A DNA stretch of 64,000 nucleotides from an uncultured Dehalococcoidia bacterium (GCA_964458665.1 CAYWOO010000042.1:2987-66986); one strand, 5' to 3'. Shown: positions 1 through 10,808, counted from the stretch's first letter. The notes: generated by a model from the letters alone, not told the origin. Numbers and translations are program-made.

Positions 1-1
1 G

Positions 2-1633
2 GCGGCCGCCACCCAGACGTTCGACCTGATCCTCCGCAACGGCAATATCTACGACGGCGGCGGTGGCGCGGCGTACGCCGCCGATATCGGCGTTTCCGGG
101 GACACCATCGCGGCTATCGGGCCGCTGACCGACGCCCGCGCCGCGATGGAGATCGACGCCACGGGCTTGGCCGTCGCCCCCGGCTTCATCAACATGCTCA
201 GCCACTCGTACATGAGCATGCTGCAAGACCCGCGTTCGATGGGCGAGTTGAAGCAGGGCGTCACGCTGCAGATCTTCGGCGAGGGCAACTCGATGGGCCC
301 GCTGACGCCCGACATGCAGGCCCGCATGCGCAAGAGCATGGCCGAAGGCGACATGCCCGTTGAGGTGCCGTGGCGTTCGCTGGCCGAATATCTCGCCCAC
401 GCGGAGAAGTTCGGCGTGACGCAGAACATCGCGTCCTACATCGGCGCGACGACGCTGCGCGCCTACGCCGTGGGTCAGGACGATCGTCCGGCAACGGACG
501 CGGAACTCGACGTGATGCGCAGCCTCGTACGGGACGAGATGTCCGCGGGCGCGCTGGGGATTGGCTCTTCGCTCATCTACCCGCCAGCGTTCTTCGCATC
601 CACCGAAGAACTCATCGAGCTGTGCCGGGCGGCCGCACCGTACGACGGCAAGTACATCTCGCACATGCGCGACGAGGGCGCCTCGCTGATCCCAGCGATC
701 GAAGAACTGCTGCGCATCAGCCGTGAGGGCGGCGTACCGGCCGAGATCTACCACCTCAAGCAGGCCGGACGCGACAACTGGGACAAGCTCGACCGCGTGA
801 TCGAGATGGTGGAAGCCGCGCGCGCCGCCGGCGAACAGATCACCGCCGACATGTACACGTACGCGGCCGGCGCGACGGGGCTCTCGAACTCCATCCCGCC
901 GCGCTTCCACGACGGAGGCCCGGAGAAGCTCTTCGCGCGTCTGGCCGATCCGGCGACGCGCGCCGAGATCCATGACGCCATCGCACATTCCACCGATGGA
1001 TGGGAGAACCTCTATCGAGCGGCCGGCGGCGCCGAGGGCGTGCTGGTGCTGGGTACGCGCAAGGAGGAAAATCGCGGCTGCCAAGGGAAGACGCTCGCGC
1101 AGATCGCCGACGCCGAAGGCAAGGATCCGATCGACGCGCTGATGGATCTCGTGCTGCGCGATCGATCGCGCATCGATACGGCGTACTTCAGCATCTCCGA
1201 GGATAATCTGCGGCGACAGATCGCCCTGCCGTGGGTCTCGTTCGGCTCGGATTCACCCTCGACCGCGGCGGAAGGTGCGTTTCTCAAGCGCTCGACCCAC
1301 CCGCGCGCGTACGGCACGTTCGCCCGCCTGCTAGGCAAGTACGTGCGGGAGGAGCGTTTGATCCCGCTCGAAGAGGCCGTGCGCCGCATGACGAGCTTGC
1401 CCGCCGACAACCTGGGCCTGGTACGTCGCGGCCGCATCGAGCGCGGCTGCGTTGCCGATCTTGTGGTGTTCGATCCGGCGACGGTCGGCGACCGCGCGAC
1501 GTGGGTGGAGCCGCACCAGTACGCCGTCGGCGTGCGCGATGTCGTCGTCAACGGGACGCCGGCGCTGCGCGAAGGCGAGTTCACCGGCGCGTTTCCGGGA
1601 CGGGCGGTCTATGGATCTGGCAAGCGCGGGTGA
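2..1633 (+). CDS. Amidohydrolase-family D-aminoacylase-like protein (N-acyl-D-amino-acid deacylase-like); 5' end probably outside the window
   Basis: The frame is open from position 2 (AAATQTFDLILRNGNIYDGGG...IDATGLAVAPGFINMLSHS). The C-terminal DLVVFDPATV...VRDVVVNG layout is typical of D-aminoacylases. ORF-track entry 146..1633 is the internal-start version. Confidence 0.8.
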   Translation, partial: AAATQTFDLILRNGNIYDGGGGAAYAADIGVSGDTIAAIGPLTDARAAMEIDATGLAVAPGFINMLSHSYMSMLQDPRSMGELKQGVTLQIFGEGNSMGPLTPDMQARMRKSMAEGDMPVEVPWRSLAEYLAHAEKFGVTQNIASYIGATTLRAYAVGQDDRPATDAELDVMRSLVRDEMSAGALGIGSSLIYPPAFFASTEELIELCRAAAPYDGKYISHMRDEGASLIPAIEELLRISREGGVPAEIYHLKQAGRDNWDKLDRVIEMVEAARAAGEQITADMYTYAAGATGLSNSIPPRFHDGGPEKLFARLADPATRAEIHDAIAHSTDGWENLYRAAGGAEGVLVLGTRKEENRGCQGKTLAQIADAEGKDPIDALMDLVLRDRSRIDTAYFSISEDNLRRQIALPWVSFGSDSPSTAAEGAFLKRSTHPRAYGTFARLLGKYVREERLIPLEEAVRRMTSLPADNLGLVRRGRIERGCVADLVVFDPATVGDRATWVEPHQYAVGVRDVVVNGTPALREGEFTGAFPGRAVYGSGKRG

Positions 1634-1694
1634 TCTCCCGGCTGTAGACCCCCGCGCGGCCGGGTCGTACGATGCGGGAAACCGGAGGGTGCCC

Positions 1695-3161
1695 ATGGTC
1701 ACGCTGCTCGAGACCGATTTCCAACGTATCCGCGACGCCGCCAACGCCGTCGTCGCGGAGCAGCATCTGCCGGGCATCGCCATCGGCGTCGTCGTGGGCG
1801 ATGACCTGGTGTTCAGCGAGGGGTTCGGCTACGCCGACATCGAGTCGCAGGCGCCGCAGGATCCCGTCCGGCGCCAGCGCATCGCATCGGTCACGAAGAC
1901 GATGGCCGGGCTCTGCGTCATGGCGCTCGTCGACGAGGGCAAGCTTCGCCTGGAAGATCGCGTCGTCGATCTTCTGCCCGATGTCGCCTTCGACGGGCCC
2001 GCGGAGACGATGACGATCTGGCACTTGCTGACGCACACCTCCGGCATCGGCGAAGCGCCGACGATGGGTGCGCTGGCCGCGGTCTCGTCTCCAAACCGCG
2101 CCGAAGTGAAGGAGCCCGGCGACTTCGCAACGCTCTACCCGAAGGGCATCGTCGTCGAGGCGGAGCCGGGCACGAAGCGCGCCTACTGCAACAACGGCTT
2201 CGCGTTGCTGGGCGAGATAGTCGTCCGCGCAGAGAAGGCGCCGCTGCAGGATGTCATGCAGCGCCGTATCTTCGGGCCGCTGGGTATGCGCGACACGGAC
2301 ATCATGGATCTGCACGATGAGCGGCTGGCGACGCCGTATCACCGGCCGCCAGGCGAGGACTACCGCGAGCAGTTCGCGCGCGCGGGAATCGACGTGCCGG
2401 ATGAGCCATTCGTCGACGGTCACAACATCCGTGGCGAGTTTCGCAGCGAGTTCAACAGAGGCATGCTGGCAGCCGGCGCCGTGCAATCGAACGTCCCCGA
2501 CATGGCGCGCTACGCGTCGGCACTGCTGCGGCGCGGCGGCGGCATCGTCCGGCCAGAGACGTTCGATGCGATGATCGCGCCGCAATACTGCCCCGACCCC
2601 CGGATGGTCAGCTGGGGCCTCGCGTTCGCGCGAACGCCGCGCTTCGGGCGTCAGTTCATCGACCACGGCGGCGCCTTCTTCGGCGGCTGGAACACGGACT
2701 TCTCGTTCGTGCCCGGCGAGAATATCGCCGTTATCCAGCACATGAACATCATGCTGGACAGCTCGGCGCCTGTCTTCAGCCGCATCCTGCGCGCGGTGTT
2801 CGATGCGCCACGCAAGCCGCTTGGTGAGCGCACGACTGACCCGGCGATTCTGGCGAGCGCGCCCGGCCTCTACGAATGCACACCCGGACGGCTGACGAAT
2901 TTCCGTCCCGCAACGCGCATCGGCCGCGTGCACGTCACCGCCGATGGCGACAGCCTGATGCTGCGCAGCCGCTGGGGCGCGTGGAAGGACGGACTGCGGA
3001 TGCGGCCTGCCGATTCAGCCGATCCGGCATTCTTCGCACTGGAGCCGGAGGGCCGCGAGCGCGCGCATGTCCTGTTCACGCGCGATGCATCGGGCCGCGT
3101 CGACGGCTTGCGCTGCGACGAGCTGTACCATCTCGTGCGGCGCGATCTGCCCGCGGACTAG
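1695..3161 (+). CDS. Serine hydrolase, beta-lactamase/PBP4*-like family
   Basis: An ATG at 1695 is preceded by GGAGGG. It has the SxxK motif (SVTKT) after GIAIGVV..FGYAD and is about 488 aa. The upstream part of ORF 1452..3161 overlaps the previous gene. Confidence 0.85.
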   Translation: MVTLLETDFQRIRDAANAVVAEQHLPGIAIGVVVGDDLVFSEGFGYADIESQAPQDPVRRQRIASVTKTMAGLCVMALVDEGKLRLEDRVVDLLPDVAFDGPAETMTIWHLLTHTSGIGEAPTMGALAAVSSPNRAEVKEPGDFATLYPKGIVVEAEPGTKRAYCNNGFALLGEIVVRAEKAPLQDVMQRRIFGPLGMRDTDIMDLHDERLATPYHRPPGEDYREQFARAGIDVPDEPFVDGHNIRGEFRSEFNRGMLAAGAVQSNVPDMARYASALLRRGGGIVRPETFDAMIAPQYCPDPRMVSWGLAFARTPRFGRQFIDHGGAFFGGWNTDFSFVPGENIAVIQHMNIMLDSSAPVFSRILRAVFDAPRKPLGERTTDPAILASAPGLYECTPGRLTNFRPATRIGRVHVTADGDSLMLRSRWGAWKDGLRMRPADSADPAFFALEPEGRERAHVLFTRDASGRVDGLRCDELYHLVRRDLPAD

Positions 3162-3204
3162 GGTTCATCACGGAGATCATGGAGTACACAGAGGGATCGT
3201 TGGG

Positions 3205-3669
3205 TTGGTAGAGACGGGCACTGGCGACGCGACTATTCTCGTGCGGCCGTTTGAGCCGCGGGATCAGCACGCTGCGCGCGCGCTCATCCTTGCGGGCCTC
3301 GGCGAGCACTTTGGCTCCATTGACGAGACCCTCAACCCGGACCTCAACGACATCGCGGCGTCGTACGCCAACGCGCTCTTCGTCGTTGCTTGGGTTGACG
3401 GCGCGATCGCCGGTACGGGCGCCCTGACGCCGCGGCCTGACGGCGTGGCCATCGTATCCCGCATGTCGACCTCCGCCGTGTATCGCCGAAAGGGCGTCGC
3501 CCGGACGATCCTCACCCACCTGGTCGAGCACGCACGCATCCGCCGCTGCACGCGGGTCGTGCTCGGGACCAACGCCGGATGGGAGGACGCGATCGCGTTC
3601 TATCTCGCGCTCGGTTTCAGCGAAATGCGCCGCACGCCGACAGGCGTGCTGTTCGAGTTGCCGTTGTAG
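3205..3669 (+). CDS. GNAT family N-acetyltransferase
   Basis: Acetyl-CoA binding core VYRRKGVARTILTHLVEHA and C-terminal FYLALGF. The start is placed at TTG 3205 after GAGGGA; this start choice is uncertain. Confidence 0.72.
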   Translation: MVETGTGDATILVRPFEPRDQHAARALILAGLGEHFGSIDETLNPDLNDIAASYANALFVVAWVDGAIAGTGALTPRPDGVAIVSRMSTSAVYRRKGVARTILTHLVEHARIRRCTRVVLGTNAGWEDAIAFYLALGFSEMRRTPTGVLFELPL

Positions 3670-3707
3670 CGGACGCGCCTCGACGCTGACTTGACGCTGC
3701 CCGCCGT

Positions 3708-4781
3708 CTACAACCGCCAGCCTGTCCCGCGCGGCAGTCGCTCCGCGGCCGGCAGCAGTGCGTGCGGCTGGGCGTGCGGCTCGAGCTGGTACCAATAGGC
3801 GGTGCTGGAGTAGTCGTTCGAGAGATCGTTGGCGTGACCATGCTCGATCGTCACCTTGATCGATTCGCGGAAGTGGATCGGATCTTCGACGTGGAATCGG
3901 TACATCGAGTTCTTGCCCGACCACGGCCAGATATCGGTGCCGGAGTACACGGTGAGCCCGTGATACGGCGCCGAGAACGTCTTCGCCGGGCAGAACGCGG
4001 TGTTGAAGTAGTCCTCGGTGCCCGATCCGCGCAGCGTCAACTCGCCGTCGATCCAGATCATGTCGTCGCCTTCGCCGTACCAGTCGTTCTGCTGCTTCTC
4101 GAAGACATCGATGTTGAGGTTGCAGCCGACGTAGTGACCACGGCCGGCGGCTTCGAGGATGACGTAATTCCCTTCGCCCTCGATGTTCGGCCGCGTCCAC
4201 GCCTCTGCGCGCTCGTCGTTGGTGTGCGGCTCGCCCTTCTTGCCCCAGCCATCGGTCGGGTTTTCGCGCCGCCACTGCGCGTGGAAGTACGCTGCATCGC
4301 TCGGAGCACGATCGTACTCCTCGTAGTCGACGTAGAAGTACAGGATGAGGCTACGCTCGCCCTCGTTCGTGATGTCCACGCGGCCGCTCACGGCAAACGG
4401 CATCGGGAAGAAGCAGTTGAAGCTGCGGCCGTCGCGCGGACTCATGGAGAGCGGCTGGGACCAGAACTCGGCCATCATGCCGTGGCCGACGCCGAAGAAG
4501 TCGCCGAGCGGCGTCTCGACGCACGGCGACGCGGCGCCATCCCAGTACATCCTGAGCACGCTCCGGCGGAGGTACGCATCCTCGCGCGACATCGTCGTCA
4601 TCCAGATATGCCGCACGCAGCCAGGGCCGCGCAGATCGGCGATCGTGCGCGTCTCGCCTGGCCGGATGATCCAGAAGTCGGCGTTGCCGCCCGTCGCGTC
4701 CCACGACGATGCACGGTGGCTGCGCGCGTCGCGCAGCGTCGCAAGATTTCCGAGGCCGGCGTGTATCGCGTCCACGATCAC
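3708..4781 (-). CDS. DUF2961 / GH172-like family protein
   Basis: Family-typical blocks: LRDARSHRASSWD, VRHIWMT, PLGDFFGVGHG, FNCFFPMPF, YFYVDYEEY, GEGDDMIWIDGE, GTEDYF, MYRFHVEDPI. GTG 4781 overlaps the upstream stop (GTGA), suggesting translational coupling. Confidence 0.8.
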   Translation of the reverse strand: MIVDAIHAGLGNLATLRDARSHRASSWDATGGNADFWIIRPGETRTIADLRGPGCVRHIWMTTMSREDAYLRRSVLRMYWDGAASPCVETPLGDFFGVGHGMMAEFWSQPLSMSPRDGRSFNCFFPMPFAVSGRVDITNEGERSLILYFYVDYEEYDRAPSDAAYFHAQWRRENPTDGWGKKGEPHTNDERAEAWTRPNIEGEGNYVILEAAGRGHYVGCNLNIDVFEKQQNDWYGEGDDMIWIDGELTLRGSGTEDYFNTAFCPAKTFSAPYHGLTVYSGTDIWPWSGKNSMYRFHVEDPIHFRESIKVTIEHGHANDLSNDYSSTAYWYQLEPHAQPHALLPAAERLPRGTGWRL

Positions 4782-5095
4782 GCCGTCGCTACCGCGAACT
4801 CCTGCGCGATCACGGACTCGAAGAGCTTCACCTGCGGCGGCCCGGCGACGATGCCCATCATCGATGAGCCGCGGTGTCCCGCCGCGAACGCGGGGCTCTG
4901 CATCCACGCCATGAAGGCGTCACGGCTCTCCCACGTGCTGTGGCTGATGTACTCGCCCTCCGCGTCGCCCCGCAGCAGCGCGAAACGCAGAATGCCGGCC
5001 ACGTTTTGCAGATGCGACTCGCGGTTCTTCCAGACCTCCTCGAATTCACTCTCCTTGCCGGCTACGATCTTGAAGCTGTTCATGGCAATGAACAT
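4778..5095 (-). CDS. Antibiotic-biosynthesis-monooxygenase (ABM) domain protein
   Basis: About 105 aa with a ferredoxin-like ABM pattern (FIAMNSFKI...FEEVW...GFLRFALLRG...YISHSTWESRDAFMAW). ATG 5095 lies 9 nt after GGAG. Confidence 0.75.
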   Translation of the reverse strand: MFIAMNSFKIVAGKESEFEEVWKNRESHLQNVAGILRFALLRGDAEGEYISHSTWESRDAFMAWMQSPAFAAGHRGSSMMGIVAGPPQVKLFESVIAQEFAVATA

Positions 5096-5159
5096 CACAT
5101 GCACCTCCGCTCATCTGATACTGGAACCGCACCATCGTAGCAGTCAGCCGGACGACAGA

Positions 5160-5189
5160 CACACGGACCGCCCGAAAGCGGTCCGTGTG
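5160..5189 (-). terminator. Perfect 12-bp GC hairpin downstream of tadC
   Basis: CACACGGACCGC-ccgaaa-GCGGTCCGTGTG, 26 nt after the tadC stop. The U-tract is weak (UCUGUCGU on the minus strand). Confidence 0.6.
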
Positions 5190-5214
5190 AGGCGGGGCGA
5201 GTAGACGCAGATGC

Positions 5215-6141
5215 TTACTTCGGGAAGCCCTGCATGATGGTGATAATCGCCGGCCCCAGGATGACGATGAAGAGCGTCGGGAAGATAAATATCACCAGCG
5301 GGAAGAGCATCTTCACCGGCGCCTTGTAGGCAGCCTGCTCGGCGCGCTGGCGGCGCTTCACGCGCAACTGGTCCGCTTGCACGCGAAGCACCGTGCCGAC
5401 GGAAGATCCCATCGCTTCCGCCTGAATGACGGCGTTCGTGAACTGGATGAGGTCCGGCACGCCAGTGCGCTCGCCGACTTCCTTCAGCGCATCGCGGCGC
5501 GACTTGCCGAGCGCGATATCGCGCAGCGCACGAGACAGTTCGTCGGAGAACGGGCCCTTCACCTTCTCGGCGACACGCGCCAGGGCCGCATCCAGCCCGA
5601 GGCCTGCTTCCACACAGGTGGTGATCAGGTCGAACGCGTCGGGCAGGCTCTTGATGATCGCGTTCTGGCGCGCCTTCGAGCGCGATCCGACCAGGTAAAA
5701 CGGCAGATAGAAGCCGATGAACGCGACACCGCCGGCCAGGGCGATCGTCATGCCGCTGACTGACGCGCCCGACACGACCACGATCGTGATCGCCAGCGCG
5801 GCGGAGGCAACCGTAGAGACGAGCACCATGGTGAGAAAGCCCTGCATGTTCATGGGCTCGCCCGCGTAGATGAGCTTCTGCTGCACGCCGCTGAGCAGCG
5901 AACGTGGAAGCAGACTGCCGAATCCTTCGGCGGCTCCATGCACGAACGGCGAAATGACCCGCTGGCCGAACGTCGGGTTCACAAGCGTCAGCTCGACTTC
6001 GCTGCCTCCGCGCTTGAAGCCTTCGAGGCGCTGGCGCGCGGCAGTAGCCGCCGACGACTGCCCGGACGCAGTGAGCCCCAGCAGCGCGAAGATAATTGTG
6101 CAGAAGACGGAGAACGCGATGAGCATCGCCATCGTGTCCAT
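5215..6141 (-). CDS. tadC: Type II secretion system F-family protein, TadC-like
   Basis: T2SSF domain with N- and C-terminal TM segments. It is the last gene of the cpaF-tadB-tadC series and lies 2 nt from tadB. Confidence 0.85.
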   Translation of the reverse strand: MDTMAMLIAFSVFCTIIFALLGLTASGQSSAATAARQRLEGFKRGGSEVELTLVNPTFGQRVISPFVHGAAEGFGSLLPRSLLSGVQQKLIYAGEPMNMQGFLTMVLVSTVASAALAITIVVVSGASVSGMTIALAGGVAFIGFYLPFYLVGSRSKARQNAIIKSLPDAFDLITTCVEAGLGLDAALARVAEKVKGPFSDELSRALRDIALGKSRRDALKEVGERTGVPDLIQFTNAVIQAEAMGSSVGTVLRVQADQLRVKRRQRAEQAAYKAPVKMLFPLVIFIFPTLFIVILGPAIITIMQGFPK

Positions 6142-6143
6142 GA

Positions 6144-7112
6144 TTACACCTCGATGTCCAGGATGCGCTGGATGATCATTACGCCGACCGTCTCCATAAT
6201 GACGGCGGCGACGAGCATGCCCTTGCCCGTGAGCGTGGTGAACAGCGGGTTGATATAGCCGGGGCTCATCACCTGGAACAGCAGGCCGACGCCGAGGGGA
6301 ATCATGCCAAGAACGATACCCGTGAGCTTCTGCTGCGCCGTCAGCGTCGCGATCTCTCCGCGGATGCGGATGCGCTCGCGCATGGTCTCGGCCACCGTGT
6401 CGAGAATCTCGCCGAGATTACCGCCGACCGTGCGCTGCACCAGGATGGCAGTCACGACGATATCCAGGTCGTAGCTGTCCGACCGCTCACTGAGCGCGAG
6501 CAGCGCCACTTCGGCGCTCGACCCGATGTTCATCTCGTGGATGGTGCGGGCCATTTCCGTCGAGATCGGGTGCGACATCTGCTCCGAGGCGGCGCTCATC
6601 GCTTGCAGCAGGCCGAAGCCGGCTTTCAGCGAGTTCGACATCATCGTTAGCGTCTCGGGGAGCTGCGAGTTGAGCTTCGCCACACGAGACGAGCGCCGAT
6701 GGTTCCGGTAGAACTTCGGCAGGTTGTAACCGATGACCGCGGCAGCGCCAGCAATGAGGAAGGCGAGCCAGCCGGACACGAGGAAGACGGGCACGATGGC
6801 GAATACGGCCGCCATGGCAAAGCGCATGACGATGTATTCGCCGGGACGGAGCGACATGTCGGCGCGCTCCAGCTCGTGCGCCAGTTTTTCGCCCATGACG
6901 CCCGGCGCCAGGCCGGAGAACATACTCTTGCCAGTTTTCGACCCGCGCAGTGCCTGCGGGCCGGCTTCCACAACGGAGGTACCCGCCATCAGGCCTTCGA
7001 GACGGCCGCGGACGTTCGAAGACGTGACGGTGTTGCCGTAAAACGCGTAGAGCGTCACGACGATCGTGGCCATCACGGAAAGCGCGGCGACTGCTGCCAA
7101 GTAGTCGAACAT
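6144..7112 (-). CDS. tadB: Type II secretion system F-family protein, TadB-like
   Basis: T2SSF membrane protein immediately after cpaF (1-nt gap). Confidence 0.85.
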   Translation of the reverse strand: MFDYLAAVAALSVMATIVVTLYAFYGNTVTSSNVRGRLEGLMAGTSVVEAGPQALRGSKTGKSMFSGLAPGVMGEKLAHELERADMSLRPGEYIVMRFAMAAVFAIVPVFLVSGWLAFLIAGAAAVIGYNLPKFYRNHRRSSRVAKLNSQLPETLTMMSNSLKAGFGLLQAMSAASEQMSHPISTEMARTIHEMNIGSSAEVALLALSERSDSYDLDIVVTAILVQRTVGGNLGEILDTVAETMRERIRIRGEIATLTAQQKLTGIVLGMIPLGVGLLFQVMSPGYINPLFTTLTGKGMLVAAVIMETVGVMIIQRILDIEV

Positions 7113-7113
7113 A

Positions 7114-8484
7114 TCAGGATCCTGCCGGTGTAAACATGTCTGACGGCAGGTGAATGCCGGCGACTTCGAATTTCTCGGCGAAACGCGGCCGGATCCCCGT
7201 CGTGCGCAGCTCGCCCAGGACGCGTCCGTCCGTGTCGATGCCCGTCTGCTCGAAACGGAACAGATCTTGCATGGTCACGACCTGGCCCTCCATGCCCGAG
7301 ACCTCCGCCACGCTTACGACCTTGCGCGTGCCGTCCGGGAAGCGGGCGATCTGGATCACCATATGGATGGCGGATTGCATCTGCTCGCGAATGGCCTTCA
7401 CAGGCAGCTCGAAGCCGGCCATCATCACCATGTTCTCGATGCGGGCGAGGGCGTCGCGCGGCGTGTTGGCGTGGACCGTGCCCAGCGAGCCTTCGTGGCC
7501 CGTGTTCATCGCCTGCAGCATGTCGAACGCTTCCGGACCGCGGACCTCGCCGACGATGATCCGGTCGGGCCGCATACGCAGGGAGTTGCGCACGAGGTCG
7601 CGCTGCGTCACCTCGCCCTTGCCCTCCAGCGACGGTGGCCGCGCCTCCAACGTGACGATGTGACCCTGCTGGAGCTGAAGCTCCGTCGGGTCTTCGATCG
7701 TGACGATGCGCTCGGTGTCCGGAATGAACGACGACAGCGCATTGAGCATCGTCGTCTTACCGGAGCCCGTACCGCCGGAGATGAGGATGTTCAGCTTGGC
7801 CTGCACGCAGGCCCGGAAGAACTCGGCGAGCTCGTTCGTCAGTGCGCCGGTGGCGACCAGGTCGCTAAAGGTCATCTTGTCGGCGCGGAACTTCCGGATC
7901 GTGATCGTCGGGCTCTTGGGGGCGACGGGAGGAATGATCACGTTGACACGCGAGCCGTCCGCGAGACGCGCGTCCACCATCGGCGACGATTCGTCGACGC
8001 GGCGGCCGAGCGGCGCGACGATGCGCTCCACGATCCGCATGATGTGCTGGTCGTCGCGGAAGCGCACCGAACTCAAGTAGAGCCGGCCTTCCTTTTCGTA
8101 GAAGACGGTGTCCGGGTGATTCACCATGATTTCTGAAATGCTGCCGTCACGAAGCAGCGGCTCCAGCGGTCCGAGGCCAAGAACTTCGTCAGCGACGGCG
8201 GAGACCAACTCGTCGCGCGTCGTGCCGACGATGCCCGGCATCTCCTGGGCGATCAGCGTGCGCGCTGCCTGCTCGACGGCTTCGCGCGCCTTGTCCTTGC
8301 CCAGACCTTCAAGCTTGTTCGGGTCCAACTCCTCGATGAGGCGCTGGTGAAGCGTGAACTTCAACTCGTTGAGGGCGACGACGTTCTGCGACAGCTGGCC
8401 TGGCCGCGAGGCGGCATTGTTCGAACCGCCACCTGTGACGCCGCCCGCCTGGATCTTTCGCGCCTGCCACTGGAACTGAGTCAT
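7114..8484 (-). CDS. cpaF: CpaF/TadA family pilus assembly ATPase
   Basis: Walker [10 protein letters not shown], Walker B and Asp/His boxes ([36 protein letters not shown]). Confidence 0.92.
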   Translation of the reverse strand: MTQFQWQARKIQAGGVTGGGSNNAASRPGQLSQNVVALNELKFTLHQRLIEELDPNKLEGLGKDKAREAVEQAARTLIAQEMPGIVGTTRDELVSAVADEVLGLGPLEPLLRDGSISEIMVNHPDTVFYEKEGRLYLSSVRFRDDQHIMRIVERIVAPLGRRVDESSPMVDARLADGSRVNVIIPPVAPKSPTITIRKFRADKMTFSDLVATGALTNELAEFFRACVQAKLNILISGGTGSGKTTMLNALSSFIPDTERIVTIEDPTELQLQQGHIVTLEARPPSLEGKGEVTQRDLVRNSLRMRPDRIIVGEVRGPEAFDMLQAMNTGHEGSLGTVHANTPRDALARIENMVMMAGFELPVKAIREQMQSAIHMVIQIARFPDGTRKVVSVAEVSGMEGQVVTMQDLFRFEQTGIDTDGRVLGELRTTGIRPRFAEKFEVAGIHLPSDMFTPAGS

Positions 8485-8508
8485 GCTACGTTCTCCTACG
8501 TTCGCTTA

Positions 8509-9702
8509 TCAGGCGGAGCGGCCGAGGACCCTGTCGAGGAACCCCCGCTTCTCTTGCCTGGTGCCAGTGAGCGCGTGCGCCAGTTCGATGATGGCGCGCG
8601 AGACGCGGGCATACGGCTTCGCCACGACGATCGGCTGGCCGAGTTGCGTGCTGCTCGAGACGCTGAGATCGTGTGGGATGCGCCAGAAGACGTCGTACTC
8701 CAGCACGCGCGAGACATCCTCCTCGCGAAGGCTGTTCGCCGCCGTCGAGTGGTTGATCATCAACTTGACCTTGTCTTCGGAAACACCGGCGGCGCGCAGC
8801 ATCTCCAGCGCCAACGCGGTGTCCTTAATACTGGCGATGTCCATGCTCGTCACCAGGAGGATCAGATTGGCCAGCTCCAGCGTCGCCGCGATCAACTCGT
8901 TGAACGTGCCCGGCGTGTCAATGACAACGTAGTCGTGCGTCTGCGCCAGCAGCTCAACGATTCGCTCGATGTGCTGCGGCGTCATGTTGCGCCATTCGGT
9001 AGGGTGCAGCGGCGCCGGCAGAATCGACACGCCGCTGTGGTGCTTAACCAGGAAGTCGCGGATCTTGTCGCGGTCGATGTCGTCGATCTTGCGCGCCACG
9101 TCGGCGATGCTCATCTCGACCGCGACGTCCATCATGATCGCGACATCGCCAAATCGCGTGTCCATATCCAGCAGGCAGACGTTCGCGCCGGTCATTTTGG
9201 CCAGGGTCACCGCCAGGTTGGTGGAGATGGTGGTCTTACCGATGCCGCCCTTGGCGCCGAATACGGTGATCACGGTGCCACGAGCGGCGGCCTCGCTGGT
9301 CAGGCCGTCGGCGCGCAGGCGCTTCTTCTCTTCCTGCTCCAGCACTCCGTACACGGCGCGGCTGAGGTCTTCCGGCTTCAGCGGCTTGACCAGATAGTCG
9401 CGGGCCCCGGCCACCATGGCGCGGCGGACGGACTGCGCATCGGCCAGCGACGAATACACAATCGTCGGGATGCCCGGCGCGACGTCGGCGAGCGATTCGA
9501 TCGTCTGGAGCGCAAGGGCGACGGGCTCTTCGACGGACACCAGGAAGACGTCCGACGGACGCTCCTTCGCGACCGTCACCGCTTCGACGCCGTATCCGCC
9601 TTCGCCCACGACCGTGAAGTGGGCAATCTGAACGGCGCGCTTCGTCTCGGCCCGACTTCCGAGGTCCGGGTCTACGGTGACGACTTCTGGATTTCTCGCC
9701 AT
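8509..9702 (-). CDS. CpaE/TadZ-like protein: atypical receiver domain plus ParA/MinD-type ATPase
   Basis: The N-terminal REC-like fold lacks the canonical acceptor (DVFLVSVEE). Next comes the deviant Walker A GAKGGIGKTT. Its position between cpaB and cpaF fits the call. Confidence 0.8.
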   Translation of the reverse strand: MARNPEVVTVDPDLGSRAETKRAVQIAHFTVVGEGGYGVEAVTVAKERPSDVFLVSVEEPVALALQTIESLADVAPGIPTIVYSSLADAQSVRRAMVAGARDYLVKPLKPEDLSRAVYGVLEQEEKKRLRADGLTSEAAARGTVITVFGAKGGIGKTTISTNLAVTLAKMTGANVCLLDMDTRFGDVAIMMDVAVEMSIADVARKIDDIDRDKIRDFLVKHHSGVSILPAPLHPTEWRNMTPQHIERIVELLAQTHDYVVIDTPGTFNELIAATLELANLILLVTSMDIASIKDTALALEMLRAAGVSEDKVKLMINHSTAANSLREEDVSRVLEYDVFWRIPHDLSVSSSTQLGQPIVVAKPYARVSRAIIELAHALTGTRQEKRGFLDRVLGRSA

Positions 9703-9755
9703 CGACTACGTCTCCTACGTTCGCCTGAACGCCCGATCCTCGGTCCCGTTCTCTC

Positions 9756-10646
9756 TTAGCGCTTGTATCCGTCCGGCTTCAGCGCATCCGGAAGCGCGCT
9801 GATGGCGTCGATGGGAAGCAGTTCCGGCTGTGTCACGATGACGTAGCCGCTATCCGGCGTGTCCTGGTCGCCGACACCACGGGCGGTGAGGCGCAGCTTG
9901 CCACCCGCCTCGGCGAGGAACAGGATCTGCGCCTGCTCCGGCGTCAGGAGCATCGTGACGGTCGAAGCATCCGGGACGGCCACGGCGTCGCTCGCAGCGA
10001 CGGGGTTGGTCGATCCAGGCGCCAGAACCGGCGCGCCGGCTGTCACGGTCGGGTTTGTGTTGGTAGTCGTGACAGGCCCGGACGGCACGATCGTCTGCGC
10101 GACCGCCACGACCTGGATGTTCCTGAGCAGTGTCTTCGACACCACCACGCGGTCCGAGCAGCAGGCCCAAACGATGTCCACCCAGTCGCCCGGGAGGATC
10201 AGGCCGCCCGCATTACCCACCTGCGACGCCGAGATCGACATAGCACGCTTGCCGGTGGGGACGACGTACGAGAGCGCGGCGTTGGCGATTGGTCGCGATG
10301 TGTCGATGACCGCGCTGCCGACGAGCTGCTGGTTCACCTCCACCGGGAATTTGGTGACCTTGCCCACGGCCGTGCTGATGTCGCCATACGCGCCTACGGC
10401 GACGCTGTTCAGCGGCACGCTCTTCACTTCCAGCATCGCGGCCGTGATGGTCGTCCGCTCCTTGATCGGGATCTTCGCGACGACGACCTGCTGGTCGCCC
10501 GCGGAGACCGTCGTCGAGGTCGACGTGTCGTTGGCCGAAATCTTCGCGTAGACCAGCGCCGCGCTGAGTCCAGCGAGAAGAATCGCCACCAACAGGAAGC
10601 GCCGGTTCGTCCGGCCCTGTGCACCACTCGCAGCTCTCTGTGCCAT
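9756..10646 (-). CDS. cpaB: Flp pilus assembly protein CpaB/RcpC-like
   Basis: N-terminal TM helix, SAF-like region (IPIKERTTITAAMLEV) and a CpaB-type C-terminal domain, in the expected Tad gene order. Confidence 0.85.
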   Translation of the reverse strand: MAQRAASGAQGRTNRRFLLVAILLAGLSAALVYAKISANDTSTSTTVSAGDQQVVVAKIPIKERTTITAAMLEVKSVPLNSVAVGAYGDISTAVGKVTKFPVEVNQQLVGSAVIDTSRPIANAALSYVVPTGKRAMSISASQVGNAGGLILPGDWVDIVWACCSDRVVVSKTLLRNIQVVAVAQTIVPSGPVTTTNTNPTVTAGAPVLAPGSTNPVAASDAVAVPDASTVTMLLTPEQAQILFLAEAGGKLRLTARGVGDQDTPDSGYVIVTQPELLPIDAISALPDALKPDGYKR

Positions 10647-10808
10647 GGTTCATCCCCTATGTCGGAATCAGGCCCGGAGGCCAAGACGCTGTATAGGTAT
10701 CGGCGCGACGCCGCCCTGCTTTACGACCCTGTGTAGATTCCGGGCGCCTGCTCGCCCACTTTGCGCCAGTCATCGGGTCCGCCGAACGGCCGGAGGCGCA
10801 TCTGTACG

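Noticed and set aside
3067-3204. The 5' extension of the GNAT ORF back to 3067.
   Set aside because: It overlaps the end of the serine hydrolase gene by about 95 nt and encodes Cys/Ala/Ser-rich non-GNAT sequence. GNAT homology starts near TTG 3205, which has an SD.
8347-9759. A 470-aa plus-strand ORF covering the cpaE/tadZ-like gene in antisense.
   Set aside because: Arg/Ala/Gly/Asp-rich composition with no motifs. The minus-strand gene has clear ParA/receiver motifs. Long antisense ORFs are expected in GC-rich DNA.
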